A stretch of DNA of 64,000 bases from an uncultured Planctomycetaceae bacterium (GCA_963833985.1 CAWIAD010000002.1:5760001-5824000); one strand, 5' to 3'; counted from the first letter of the stretch, positions 10,101-21,200 are shown. The notes: a model not told the origin generated them from the sequence alone. Numbers and translations are program-made.

Positions 10101-10764
10101 CGAAGTCGCACACCATGACCGGCAGGCCATCCAGGACGGGAACTTCGTGCACCGTCACGATGCCTGGGTGGCGAAGCTGCGCCGCCGCCCGCACTTCGCG
10201 AAAGAACCGCGCGATGTCCTCGTTGCTCTCGATCACGTGCGGATGTGGCACCTTCAGCGCCACGATCCGGTTGAGCCGCACGTCGAAGGCCCGCCAGACG
10301 GTACCGAACCCGCCGACGCCCACCCGTTCCAGAAGCTGGAACGAGCCGAGCCGCCGGGGCTGGCTGTCCGTGACCGGCGGATCCGTGGTGGCATCGACCT
10401 CACCCGAGGAACGAACGAAACTCGCTTGCGTGCTGCCGTCGGTTTCGTCCTGGTCTTGCCCTGCGGGCATCGGGCGAAGCTGGGCCTCCAGCCACCGAAC
10501 ATCAAGCTCGCCGAGCCACTCCTGGTAGTCATCCGGCCGCGCTCGCTCGCCATGCTGCCTGCGGTACTCAATATCCAGGAGCACCAGTTCCTGGAGCAAG
10601 AACCGCCTCTCGGAGTCCGCTTCCGCCTCGACAAACGACTCGATGCGCGGCCGCTGCCGGGAATTCCAGGCGGATTCGAAGCTGTCGCAAACCTGGTCGA
10701 TGCGCCGGAGTTGCGCGTCGCTCAAGTCATCCACGCTCAGTGGCGCCCGCACGCCAACGCTCAT
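7162..10764 (-). CDS. Ser/Thr protein kinase with a transmembrane helix and about 12-14 WD40 repeats
   Basis: GVGGFG, VALK, HRDIKPGN, DFG, GTPAYMSPEQ; repeated GH...FSPDG..LAS...D.T.+LW units; ATG 10764 overlaps the upstream ECF stop (ATGA). Confidence 0.95.
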   Translation of the reverse strand: MSVGVRAPLSVDDLSDAQLRRIDQVCDSFESAWNSRQRPRIESFVEAEADSERRFLLQELVLLDIEYRRQHGERARPDDYQEWLGELDVRWLEAQLRPMPAGQDQDETDGSTQASFVRSSGEVDATTDPPVTDSQPRRLGSFQLLERVGVGGFGTVWRAFDVRLNRIVALKVPHPHVIESNEDIARFFREVRAAAQLRHPGIVTVHEVPVLDGLPVMVCDFVTGTSLRELMATRRLAHGTVAELVARIADALDYAHSMGAIHRDIKPGNIMLDPDAVGPITHGGKSSTLWPGEPRIVDFGLAYLDQEATQLTHDGAIIGTPAYMSPEQAAGRNRALAVDHRTDIYSLGVVLYELLTGTIPFAGSRHEVLSRVIDTEPRSPRRLVASLPRDLESICMKAMAKDPRQRYDSARELAGDLRHFLEGEPVRARPISLFERCLRRARCRPMEAALGLMGVVTVLAIFVLAVGYRYHVRLEYLFQTTEQALSAEGRQRLRAESFLYFHRMALAEREWSANNIDRAERLLEDCPPTLRGWEWRYLMSQCHHALLSVNHAPPSSQSWSVTCVRYSPDGRRLASASRDGSIRLWDAATGQAIRLLGRHKHYALSLAFQPRGHLLASGGDGGDILIWNTDTGALVRTLPKCRDSVYALAYSPDGEMLASGHGYPPLEEVDHMRGRGVVRCWNAATGHLLRQLSGHTQSVTGLVYSPDGQILASASGSALAVPQTASRPGELILRKAATGEPVRTIRGHSGPLTCVAYHPDGTMIATSSWDRTIKLWDPSTGDLLRSLPGHLDWVLHVEFSPDGRRLASGGADGAIKVWETAGNHELFTLRGHKQNVNCVTFSPDGRHLVSGSSDQTLKIWEADRDPELLAWHGEIGPIARVAFFPDGHRLLVAANLENANGRVQPLLTVLETKQAMKEQTLVFAREFDGHRTVDGIAISPDSRLVAAASQRGSVEIRWVLNQQPCFMFDEKTSRFQSAAFSPDGRKLAVAGQVHARLDNGEAAPNDTYANGLVVVFDLDRRAILWRSDGMTTGMIRDLAISPDGRFLATADNTNTVTLWELASGKVVRQLHGHSRLVSHVVFSPDGSRLASASWDSTVIVWDVASGLQMTMLQGHMRSVLCVAFSPDGRRLATSSEDQTVRLWDAESGQEVLTLRGHTDIVTSVAFSPDGNRLASAGADGTVQVREASPAPSEGSLLTPP

Positions 10765-11375
10765 GACAGAGCATCTCCCAGTTTCCAGAGCTTGCGCATG
10801 AGCTGAAGCTTGCGTTCGACCGTCCTGGACGTGCATCCGAGCTTGGAGGCAATCTCCTCGGTGGTGAACCCCTCCATTTTCCAGAGGGCAATGGCGCGGA
10901 GGATGGAATCGCTGATGGAGTCGAGCAGGCGCTGGCATTCCTCGGCGATCTGCAAGCTGTACTGAGGGTCGGGCTCGCGACCGATCAATTCCGCGAGTGC
11001 CGCCTCGGCATCGCTCTGGGTATTCACGCCGGCGGACTGGACCTCCAGCAGTCTGGCACCGCCGCGCTTGACGCGGCGCTCGTGGCGCAGCAGGTCGACG
11101 GCCTTATTCCTCGTGAGTGCCAGGAGCAAGGGCCACGGGTCAGCGTGGTCAGCGGCATGCGGGAACCGACCGTCCTTCGTGCCCCGGCAGAAACTCTTGA
11201 ACGCACTCAGGGCAACGTCTTCCTCGTCGGCCATGCGGCCGGGGGCGTTCTGCAACCTGGTCCGGGCCGCCTTCACCATCCTAAGGAAATAGGTGTTCCA
11301 GAGGTGCTGAGCCGCCTGAGGATCGCCCTCCTTGAGCTGCGCCACCCAGACCCCAACAGGAGCCAGTGAGCTCAT
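10761..11375 (-). CDS. ECF-type RNA polymerase sigma factor (Sigma70_ECF, kinase-associated planctomycetal type)
   Basis: GDPQAAQHLW, DEEDVALSAFKSF, RVKRGG, and sigma4 HTH EGFTTEEIASKLGCTSRTVERKL; ATG at 11375. Confidence 0.9.
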   Translation of the reverse strand: MSSLAPVGVWVAQLKEGDPQAAQHLWNTYFLRMVKAARTRLQNAPGRMADEEDVALSAFKSFCRGTKDGRFPHAADHADPWPLLLALTRNKAVDLLRHERRVKRGGARLLEVQSAGVNTQSDAEAALAELIGREPDPQYSLQIAEECQRLLDSISDSILRAIALWKMEGFTTEEIASKLGCTSRTVERKLQLMRKLWKLGDALS

Positions 11376-11664
11376 GGGAGAAAACGCTCCGATGGAGCGA
11401 AGAAGCTGCACGGAACCGACAGCACGGAACGCACGAATACTCGCAAAACTCGACCGCCGACAATGCCGTGAAACGTGCGAAGGCACAACCCAAAGAAAGC
11501 GTGTCGGGCAATCGACAAGATTTGACGAGCTCATTACAGACGTCATTCTGGCTGCGAGGCCAGTGGTTTGTCAACCTTTCGCAGTGCGGCTCTCGTCCAG
11601 GCCTATGGCTGCACCCGGTGCTGTTTTTTCCGCGGCATACGCGGTTGACCGGGGGCCGACCAGG

Positions 11665-11694
11665 TTGCGCGATCGCCGTTCAAGTCGCTACCAT
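11665..11694 (+). promoter_or_regulatory. Candidate sigma70 promoter for the lipoprotein-DUF1559 operon
   Basis: TTGCGC-N18-TACCAT about 95 nt upstream of ATG 11790. Confidence 0.35.
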
Positions 11695-11789
11695 TTATTC
11701 ATTGTCAACGCGTCGTCGTTCTGAGGCTCAGGCCTGATTCTTCTGGCTCAACCCATACTAGCTCCACCAGATGAGTGGACGGAGGATCC

Positions 11790-12008
11790 ATGCGCTCTCT
11801 CAGAAAGGTCCAGGTTACCGCCCTATCGATGAGCACGGCTTTTGCGCTGGCCATCCTCCTCTCCGGCTGTGATGCGCCGGGCAGCCAGGCGACGGAGACG
11901 AAGCCGATCCAGTCCGACATCCTCAAGAAGCTGGGCGCCGCGAGCAAGGAACAGGGCCAGACCGCACAGGGCAAACTGCCTGCTCGAGTCAAGAAGAAGG
12001 CCAAGTGA
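11790..12008 (+). CDS. Small lipoprotein (72 aa) with Lys-rich C-terminus
   Basis: GGAGG RBS at 11781-11785; hydrophobic stretch then lipobox LSGC; directly upstream of a DUF1559 gene. Confidence 0.75.
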   Translation: MRSLRKVQVTALSMSTAFALAILLSGCDAPGSQATETKPIQSDILKKLGAASKEQGQTAQGKLPARVKKKAK

Positions 12009-12156
12009 GCATGCCGTACCAGTGCTTCCACGGGCTTCCCGGGCCGCGGCCTGGGGTGGTTTGTGCGACCACACTGTCTTCTCCCAGGTCACTTCGTACA
12101 CATCGATCTGAAAGCTGTTTCGCATGTCTTTCATTTTCATGAGGAGGGATATTCTC

Positions 12157-13305
12157 GTGAGCCAGTCCCGTCACCGCGGCTTCACCCTGATCGAGCTTCT
12201 GGTGGTCATCGCCATCATCGCTGTTTTGATTTCCCTCTTGCTGCCGGCCGTGCAGTCCGCCCGCGAGGCCGCGCGCCGGGCGCAATGCGTGAACAACCTC
12301 AAGCAAATTGGCCTGGCGATGCACAACTATCACACGGGCATGGGTGTCTTCCCCCTGGGAAGCAGCATCGCGCCGCAGCAAGACGTTCCGAATCAACAAT
12401 CCATCTGGTCCGCGTGGAGCGCCCAGGCCATGATGCTGGGCTTCCTGGACCAGTCGCCGATCTACAATTCCTGCAATTTCTCGTGGGCGGTCCTCGACAC
12501 GAGCAACTTCAGCGGGTCGGCGAACGTGGCTTCCTCCTCGAACTACAACCAGACCGTGCTGTACACGAACCTGGCGATCTTCATGTGCCCGTCCGACCCG
12601 AACGTCGGTCAGCGCCAGAACAACAACAGCTACGCCGCCTCGTACGGCGCCACGACTTCCGGATGCTACAACTGGAACTCCAACGCCTCGGTGAACTGGG
12701 TGAGCCTGGAGAACCCCGGTGAATCGACGGGAGTTTTCACCATCGGCAAGTGCTACGGCCTTCAGAGCATCATCGACGGCTCGTCGAACACGGTTGCCTA
12801 TTCCGAAGCCCTGGTGGGCGACTCCAACGGCAGCGAGTTCGCCGGCAATACCACCAACCCCAGCCGCTACCGGGGCAATTACATCACCGGCAGCGTGACC
12901 ACGGCCGCCGGCGCCGAGAAGATGCTCAATATCCAGGGGAGCGCAGCGCTCATCTTCCAGTCGCTCCAGGAGTGCCAGAACGCCTTCCAGACCTCGCTCA
13001 CCTCCATCCAGGACGACCGCGGCTTCCGCTGGTGCATGGGAACCACCGGCTGGTCCATGTTCAACACGGTCCAGCTTCCCAGCGACCCGAAATATCCCAA
13101 CGGGGGCTGCCGCGACGGCGGCACACCCGGCCAGTTCCCCAATGACGGCTTCAGCTACGGGGCCAGCAGCACGCACCCGGGCGGGGCCAACGTTCTCTTT
13201 GGTGATGGATCAGTCAAGTTCATCAAGAGCTCCATCAGTTACCAGACCTGGTGGTCGCTGGGGACGCGGAACGGGGGCGAGGTCATCAGCGCCGACGCCT
13301 ATTGA
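12157..13305 (+). CDS. DUF1559 prepilin-type N-terminal cleavage/methylation domain protein (H-X9-DG C-terminal motif)
   Basis: GAGGAGG before GTG 12157; [55 protein letters not shown]. Confidence 0.96.
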   Translation: MSQSRHRGFTLIELLVVIAIIAVLISLLLPAVQSAREAARRAQCVNNLKQIGLAMHNYHTGMGVFPLGSSIAPQQDVPNQQSIWSAWSAQAMMLGFLDQSPIYNSCNFSWAVLDTSNFSGSANVASSSNYNQTVLYTNLAIFMCPSDPNVGQRQNNNSYAASYGATTSGCYNWNSNASVNWVSLENPGESTGVFTIGKCYGLQSIIDGSSNTVAYSEALVGDSNGSEFAGNTTNPSRYRGNYITGSVTTAAGAEKMLNIQGSAALIFQSLQECQNAFQTSLTSIQDDRGFRWCMGTTGWSMFNTVQLPSDPKYPNGGCRDGGTPGQFPNDGFSYGASSTHPGGANVLFGDGSVKFIKSSISYQTWWSLGTRNGGEVISADAY

Positions 13306-13441
13306 CTGGGAAACCGTCCGTGCTGAACTCCCCACCTCGGTCGACGGCAATCGAGCACTTGCCGCCTGGTCCACACGAGAACCACGATGCCGATCGCGGC
13401 GGGCATCGTGGTTCTCGCCGCGCGCCCGGAGATCGAACCGA

Positions 13442-16368
13442 TTGCGCCGCACCTTGTCCATCGCCCTTGGCGCCCTGCTCGCCGCCGGCGGCGCACTCTG
13501 GAGCATTGACGCCTGGCGGCTGCGGACGGAGTGGCAGGAAGCCCGGCGCGACATGGCCCGCGGCAGGCCGGCCACGGCGCGAGCCAGGCTGATCCGCCTG
13601 GCCGGGCGCTGGCCGCAAAGTGGAGAGGTCCATTACGACCTTGGGCTCTGCGAGCTGGCCCTGGGCCATGCGGATCGCGCCGAGACGGCCTGGGAGAAGA
13701 TTCCCCCCGGATCGCCGCACGCCGCTCGCGCCTCCATGCTGCGGCGCGCGAGGTGCTCAAGAAACACCGGTTCTCGTCCGCGGAGCCACTCCTGGTCCTC
13801 GCGCTGCGCGACCCGGGCGAACTTGGAAAGGAGGCACAGGAGACACTTGTTCACATCTACAAGCTTCAGGGGCGCTTCGACGAAGCCCGTCGGCTGGTTC
13901 GCGCCGGGTGGGAACGCTACGACCGTGTGGGCACCATCCAGGAGCTGGTGAGGCTGGACACGTCCAACCCGATCCCCATCGAGAAGGCTCGGCCCCTGCT
14001 TCAGCAAGCCGCCCAGTCCGCACCGGACGACGACCGCATCTGGCTGGGCCTTGCCAGCCTGGCGACCAGGCAGGGACGGTTCGAAGAAGCCAGGCGCTTG
14101 CTGGACCGCTGCGTGGACCGCCGGCCCGGGGATTCCGCTGTGTGGCGCGTGCGGCTGGACTGGGCCTCTTCGGCCGAGAACGAGCACGAGGTCCGGACCG
14201 CCCTGGCGCACCTGCCGCCCGACGCGCTCTCCCCCAAAGAGCAGCTCACGCTTCGCGCCTGGTTTGCCCACCGCGCTGGAGACACCGTGCGCGAGCGCCG
14301 CGCCCTGGAAGACCTGGTTGCGTGCGACCCCGGGGCGCTGGCGGCGATGGAAAGCCTCGCGGAGCTGTTGCTCCGCAACGGAGAAGCGGAACGGGCCAGG
14401 CAGCTACGCGCGCGGCGCGGCGAGCTGGAACGGACGCTCGACTGGTACATGTTCCATATCTTCCCCGAAGATCGGCTCGAGCACGCCGTGGAGCTGGCCA
14501 GGGCGGCGGAAACCGTCGGCCGTCGGTTCGAGGCACAGTGCTGGTGGAGGCTTGCGGCCGAGAAGCCGTCTCAGTCCGCCCAGGCTCGGGTTGAACTGGC
14601 CCGGCTTGATCGTGAGGATCAGGCTGCCGAGAGCGCGGCCTCCAGGTACACCCTGGCTGCGCTGCTTGCCGAGTTGCGTACCGAGGCGGCACCCGAGCAA
14701 GAGCAGCGCGTTCCGGAATCCAGCGGAGCGCCGCCCCGGTTCAGGGACGACGCCGCTGCCAGCGGCCTGGCCTTCACGTTCGATAACGGGCTGGAGAAAC
14801 TGCACCAGATTCCCGAAACGATGAGCGGCGGGGTGGGCCTGCTCGATTTTGACGGCGATGGCTGGCTCGACGTCTACGTCGTGCAGGGAGGCAGGTTTCC
14901 GCCCGGCCGGGACGCGGCCGGCTCCGGCGATCGCCTCTTCCGGAACCGGGGCAATGGCACATTTGAAGACGTGAGCGAGCGATCGGGAATTGCCGCACTG
15001 CCGCGCGGCTATGGCCACGGCGTCACCGTGGGCGACTACGACAACGACGGCCATCCCGACCTGTTCCTCACGCGCTGGCGTTCCTACGCGATCTTCCGTA
15101 ACAAGGGCGACGGCACGTTCGAGGATGCCACTGCCCGGGCAGGACTTGCGGGCCAGCGCGACTGGCCCACCTCGGCGGCTTTCGCGGACCTGGACGGCGA
15201 CGGCGACCTCGATCTTTACGTGTGCCACTACCTGAGCTGGGACAGCGATCACCCGCGGCCCTGCTGGGACCGCGTCCACAACGTGTTTGCATTCTGCGGA
15301 CCGCCCGAGTTTCCCTCCCTGCCCGATCATCTCTTCCGCAATGACGGCGGCCGTTTCGTGGACGTCTCGGGCGAGGCCGGAATCATCGACCGGACCGGCG
15401 AGGGGCTTGGCGTGGTGGCGGCCGACCTGAACGGCGACGGTCGGGTTGACCTGTTCGTCGCCAACGACCAGTCGGCGAAGTTCCTCTTCCTGAACCGGGG
15501 CGGCATGCACTTCGAGGAGGTGGGCCACGAGGCGGGAGTGGCCAGTAATAATGCGGGCGTTTACACGGCAAGCATGGGGGTTGCCTGCGGAGACGTCAAT
15601 GGCGACGGCCTGCCCGACCTGGCTGTCACGAACTTCTACAACGAATACACGGCGCTCTACAAGAACCTGGACGACGGCGTGTTCAGCGACCATTCGTCCG
15701 AGCTCGGTCTGGCCATTCCGAGCCGCTACCGGCTTGGCTTCGGGATGGCGTTTCTGGATTTCAACAACGACGGCTGGCTGGACCTGGTGACCGCCAACGG
15801 CCATGTCGACGACAACCGCAGCGACGTTCCCCAGCGCATGCCGGCTCAGCTCTTTGCCGGCACCATGGGCGGCCAGCGACTGAGGGATGTGACCGACCGC
15901 GCCGGGGCACCCTTTCAGGTTCCCCTGCTTGGCCGCGGGCTGGCGGCCGGCGACCTGGATAATGACGGACGGGTCGACTTCCTGATCCTCGCGCAGAACC
16001 AGCCGCTCTCCTACTTCCACAACCTGACCGAGGGCGGGCACTGGATCACCTTGCGGCTGGAAGGTCGTGGCCGTTCCAACCGTGACGCCGTCGGTGCCCG
16101 GGTCGTCGTGAGCGCGGGCGGCCGGCGCCACTTCGGCTGGCGCACCGGCGGGGGAAGCTACCAGTCCGCAGCGGACCCGCGACTCCACTTCGGCCTGGGC
16201 CAGGCGGTGCGCGTCGATTCCCTGGAAGTCACCTGGCCATCGGGAAAGGTCGAGCGATTCGCCGATCTCGCCGTGGACTGCGGCCACCTGCTCCGCGAGG
16301 GTGACGCTTTGCCCCAAGAACTGGCCGGCTATCCAATCAAACCTGCCGGAACCGAGGCCAGGGACTGA
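13442..16368 (+). CDS. TPR + FG-GAP repeat + ASPIC/UnbV (CRTAC1-like) protein; 1-nt frameshift near 13745
   Basis: N-terminal TM helix and TPR in the 13142 frame (LRRTLSIALGALL...ASMLR) join AREVLKKHRF in the 13531 frame; many DxDxDG FG-GAP motifs; SNRDAVGARV...GGSYQS...LHFGLG. Start codon uncertain (TTG 13442). Confidence 0.88.
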
Positions 16369-16377
16369 AGGTTCAAC

Positions 16378-18267
16378 GTGGCCATGCGCAGGAACGCGAG
16401 ACGACTCTGGGCTGGAGCCGCGCTGGTTGCGCTCCTTGGGACCGGAGTACTCCTCCTCTGGGGACAGCGGGGCCAGCCGTCAGCCACGCCTCTTGATGAT
16501 AGTTCCCGGGCCTATGACGCGGGCGATTGGGAAGTGGCCGCGACTGCGGCACGGCGGCATCTCGCGGCGCACAGGAACGACCCGGCGGCCATCCGCCTGC
16601 TCGCACGCTCTTCGATCCGGCTGGCCCGCGACTCGATCGCCCAGCCGCTCTACCAGCGGCTTGCTCCCGAGTTGCTGGGTGCCGAGGACCTGTACCTCAT
16701 GGGCTCGGTGATGCAGCGCGCCGGCGACAGGATGGGGAGCATCAGGTTCTGGGAACAAGCCCTGCCGCTCCAGCCCGACCACTCCGAGGCGCTCTTCGCC
16801 CTGGGCAGCCGCTATCTTGAAGGCGAGCAGTACCACATTGCGGCGCAGGCTGCATCGCGTCTGGCGGCATTGCCGGAATGGCGGTGTCAAGCGGACAACC
16901 TGCTGGGCAAGATCCACGCGGCACAGAACGACGCCGCCGGTGCGATCGATTGCTGGGAGCGAGCCCTACGTTCCTGGCCCAGCCAGAGCGACCCCGGCGC
17001 AACGATCGCAATGCGGCTTGACCTGGCACGAGCGCACCTGCGCATGCGGCAGCCGGCCCGGGCGCGATCGCAGTTGCGGGCAGTGCTCGAGCTTGGGCCG
17101 AACCCGGAGGCATCCTGGCTGCTCAGCCGCGCCTTGCTCCAGGAGGGCTCGGTCACCGGGGCGATGAAGGCTCTGGAAGACGCCGCCACGTACGCCGTTC
17201 TCGATCCCACCCGGTTCGAACCAGCGCCTTACGTGGGTGCGGCGCGGTGCTCGTACTGCCACTTCAGCAAGTATCAAGCCCAGCGCGTGACACGGCACGC
17301 CCGGACGTTCCACCGCCCGGCCGCCTTGACCAGCCTGTCTCTCGCTGCGCCCAGCATCGCCGACCCCGCGGAGGCGAAGGTGGCCCATACGCTACGGATG
17401 GCGAACGGCAGGCTGGTGCAAGAAACGCACGTCGAAGACCGGATATTCCGGGCGGTCGTCGACTATGCGTTCGGGTCCGGCGATATCGGTCGGTCGCTGA
17501 TCGGCCGGGACGAGGCGGGCAAGGTCAGGGAGCTGCGCCTCTCGGTCTACCAGGCGGAATCGCGCCTTCTCTGGGATGTGACGCCTGGCCAGCCGGCCCA
17601 CCCGCCCGCCGCTGAAGATTACCTGGGGGTGCCCATGACGCCCGATCATCTGTATGGGTGCTTTGGTTGTCACGTCACAAGCCCGCGCGCCGTGCTTCAG
17701 GGGACAGGGCCGGAGGCGGACGACGTTGCGATCGGCTGCGAGAAGTGCCACGGCCCGGGAGGCAACCACCTGCTGGCCGTTGATCGCAGGTTTCCCGACC
17801 TGGCGATCGGCCGGCCCGCCCTGGTCTCGGGCTTGCCTGTGGTGAAGATCTGCGCACAGTGCCACAACGGAAGGAGCGGTGCGCCGGTGCAACCCGGCGA
17901 CCCGGATGCGGTTCATTTCCAGACGGTCACGCTCACATGGAGCCGCTGCTTCACCGAAAGCGACAACAATCTGGACTGCGTGACCTGCCACGACCCGCAC
18001 CAGGATGCTTCCACCGACACGGCCTACTATGAGGCTCGTTGCCTGACCTGCCATGCCAGGTCCGGGAGCCAGACTCCCACGCGCAAGCGCAGACGGCTCG
18101 CGGCTCCGGCGAGTCCTCAGGAGGCCGTCGTCTGTCCCATCAAGCCAGACTCAGGCTGCATCGCGTGCCACATGCCTGCCGTGAAAGGCGCCATCTCACA
18201 CACGTCCCCGACCGATCACTTCATCCGCGTGCATCGGCAGAGCCCGGTCGCGGGCGAAGACGACTGA
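16378..18267 (+). CDS. TPR-containing multiheme c-type cytochrome (7 CxxCH)
   Basis: N-terminal TM/signal, TPR helices; CSYCH, CFGCH, CEKCH, CAQCH, CVTCH, CLTCH, CIACH; TDHFIR tail. Confidence 0.92.
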   Translation: MAMRRNARRLWAGAALVALLGTGVLLLWGQRGQPSATPLDDSSRAYDAGDWEVAATAARRHLAAHRNDPAAIRLLARSSIRLARDSIAQPLYQRLAPELLGAEDLYLMGSVMQRAGDRMGSIRFWEQALPLQPDHSEALFALGSRYLEGEQYHIAAQAASRLAALPEWRCQADNLLGKIHAAQNDAAGAIDCWERALRSWPSQSDPGATIAMRLDLARAHLRMRQPARARSQLRAVLELGPNPEASWLLSRALLQEGSVTGAMKALEDAATYAVLDPTRFEPAPYVGAARCSYCHFSKYQAQRVTRHARTFHRPAALTSLSLAAPSIADPAEAKVAHTLRMANGRLVQETHVEDRIFRAVVDYAFGSGDIGRSLIGRDEAGKVRELRLSVYQAESRLLWDVTPGQPAHPPAAEDYLGVPMTPDHLYGCFGCHVTSPRAVLQGTGPEADDVAIGCEKCHGPGGNHLLAVDRRFPDLAIGRPALVSGLPVVKICAQCHNGRSGAPVQPGDPDAVHFQTVTLTWSRCFTESDNNLDCVTCHDPHQDASTDTAYYEARCLTCHARSGSQTPTRKRRRLAAPASPQEAVVCPIKPDSGCIACHMPAVKGAISHTSPTDHFIRVHRQSPVAGEDD

Positions 18268-18283
18268 ACCGTCGCTCCGCGCC

Positions 18284-21200
18284 TCAAAACTTCGCCACCG
18301 CACTTTTTCGCTGGAGCTGGAGCACCTTGGCATCCGGGTCGACCACGATCGATTCTGGCTCGAAGGGACACGTGATCATCAATTCTTGCGATGCGTCTTT
18401 CCCGGCGGTGACCCGCGCTTCCTGGTACCCGGGCGACGGCTGACCCTTACTATCGAACCGCTCTCCTCGGACCGCGGCAACCTCGACGGGCATGGAACCC
18501 GTGCCGAGATTCTCGAGCCGGAAGGTAACCTTCCAGGATGCGCCCTCTCTTGTCCTGATCGGCTCGTGCAGCCGGTAATCGGGCAAGACCACCTTTTCGA
18601 ACCACTGCTGCGTGAAGTCGTCGAACGTGCTGGTATCGGGCGCAAAGCTCCGCATCGTCTTCAGGAAATCCTGGAGCACCGGGTGGTCGGGATTGCCGTG
18701 ATACGTCTTGCAGAAGGAATGAAGCCCCGCCAGGGTACGCTCGCGGCCCATGTGGTTCAGGAGCATCCAGAAGACCCAGCCGCCCTTGTCGTAGGTGACG
18801 GTGGTGTCGCCGTTGCGACTGCCGTCAATCTTCACCAGGGGCCGCTCGGAGTCCACGGAGCGTTCCTTGGCGTAGTTCGACTCGATCCGCGTGCAGAAGC
18901 TGATCCGCGCGGCGGGTCCCTTGACCTGATCCACCAGCAGCATCGTGGCGAAGTGCGCCATGCCTTCGGCCAGGATGTTGCCGCCCGGCCCCTTTCCCGG
19001 AGTGACGATGTTGCCCCACCACTGGTGGGCGGATTCATGCGCCGCGATCTCGAAGGCGAAATGGATCTCCGAGCTGTCCGCGGTCAGAAAGCCGACGCCT
19101 TCGGAAAAGGAGATGTTCGTGGGAAAGCCCTGGGCATAGGTCGCCAGCGCGGGAAACTCGCTGAGCCTGAGCTCCTTCCAGGGGTAGGGATAGAACCAGT
19201 CGGAGTAGTACCTGCGCCGGCGATGAGGCAGCCGAGGATCTCATCCACGTTGTACGGATGAGACGGATGATAGTAGACCTCCGCACCCGCGCCGCGTTTC
19301 ACGGTCAGCCGACCCGCGACGACGTTGAAGAAGGTGACCGGATGATCGCTCTCCCAGACCACGGTGCGCCGGTCCGCGGTGACGGTGTCGGCCGTCTTGA
19401 TGCCGACGGAGTTGAGCGTGAAATCCGCCGGACCGGTGATCTTGATGCGCGTGGAAAACGGCGCGCGCGTTCCCAGCAGCGACTCGGTCTGACCCTCGAA
19501 GAAATCGTCGCTGTACTCCCTGGCCTCGGCCTGATTCTCGTCGTCCACGCCGATTTCCGGATTGAAGCCCAGCGTGGGCACGAAGCTCGGGCGGAAACTG
19601 GTGAGCACGACCCCGGCGGGAAGGATGAACTCCATGGCACTCCCCCCCGCTTGCTGATGCCGCGCGGATACCGGCCTTCATGCCGGAAGCCAATCCGGGC
19701 GGTCTCGCCCGGGCGCAGCGGCACAGGGAGCCGGAAGACGTAAAGCCGTGCGCGGTCCTGCGGAGTGAAGGGCTGGCCATCGAGCGTCCAGGCCAGTTGC
19801 TCCCAGTGCGAGCCCCCGGTCAAGACAACCTCCCGTAACGCTCGATCGTGCGGGTTGATCAGGTCATAAGACCCCTCGACGCGGTAGCGGCTGGCGTTGG
19901 GATGGAGATCGAGGTTCAGATCAACGTGAGTCAGATCGGGAATGGGCACGTCGCGATAGGTCGCGATATTTTTGCGCCAGTAGTCCTTATCCCGCTGCCT
20001 GGCGGCCGCGCCCTCATGCCCCCGGCCGACTTCCAGGGCCAGCCACGTGCCGGCCGCGATGGGCACGAGCGCCACGGCGCCAGCCGCAGGGCCGTCTGTT
20101 GCAGCGCCCGCGGTCGGAGATGATGCACCAGCCGCGTGGGGTCGATCTCGCAACGCCGGAAGAAGCCGACGGTGAGCGCCAGGAAGAAGCCTGCCGCGCC
20201 CATCGCCAGCAGGCGGCTCAGCACCAGGGCCTTGCGGTCGAGCTCCAGGACGCTCATGTCGCTCCAGTGGATCGCGTCCCACATCGGCCAGTTACCTACC
20301 CAGTTGATCTCGCCCGCGAGCAGGCGGTATGCCGTGAAGGCGAAGACACCCAAGGCCAGGGCGATCGTGGTGTATCTATTGCGAGTGATGGTGTGGAGGG
20401 CCGTCACGAAGCACGTCCAGACCAGGAACACGGGGACCAGGAGCAGCCCCCACACCAGCGCGAAGGGGCGGAATTCGAGCGGCGCGCGACCCTGGATCAG
20501 CATGGCGATTGCGCCACCGGCGCCGGTGGCCAGCACGATCGCCAGCCCGACGGCCGCCAGAGCCAGGGCCTTGCCGAGCAGCAAGGAGCCGGTTCGGATG
20601 GGAGCCGAGTGGACGATCTCGGCGAGCCGTGAGACCTGCTCGCGGTCGAGCGTATCAACGGTGTACCAGAGCAAAAGCAGGCAGAGACACACGGTCAGCG
20701 AATCCATGGCTCCCACCGCGAACGATCCGGAAGTGATCAGGAGCGGCGTGTCCAGATACCCCGTCTTCAGCAGGCTGTGGCCGAGGCTCTGGAGCAGCAC
20801 CAGGGGCGCGAACAGATAGAGCCCGGGACTCCAGGCCAGTTCGACCAGCTCGATCCGGGCCACGTGCCAGGCGCCCCGGAGCAGGCTCGGCCGCACTGCC
20901 ATCATGTGCAGTGCTGCCAGCGGATCTCGTGCGCTGGCGGCCCGGGGGTCCTGCGCGGTCGCCGTCGCGGTCTCGGTTCCTAGCCGGCTTTTTGCCGGAC
21001 GGCCGTGGAGTGTGCGCGTGAAATGCCAGCGGGAAAGCGCCACGGCGCCCAGGCCGAGCAGGACGTAGACGAGCCGGCTGATCAAAAACGCCCGGTCATA
21101 CGTGATCGCGCTGGTATTGTAGAACGTCACGCCGCGATCCACCTTCAGCCAGGTCTCCTTGAGCCAGCGCGAGCCTCCTGGATCGATCAGCATGAGTGCA

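Noticed and set aside
19640..19652. Programmed frameshifting or phase variation at the G7 run and other breaks
   Set aside because: No shared slippery motif or stimulatory structure; breaks are scattered through unrelated genes and better explained by sequencing error.
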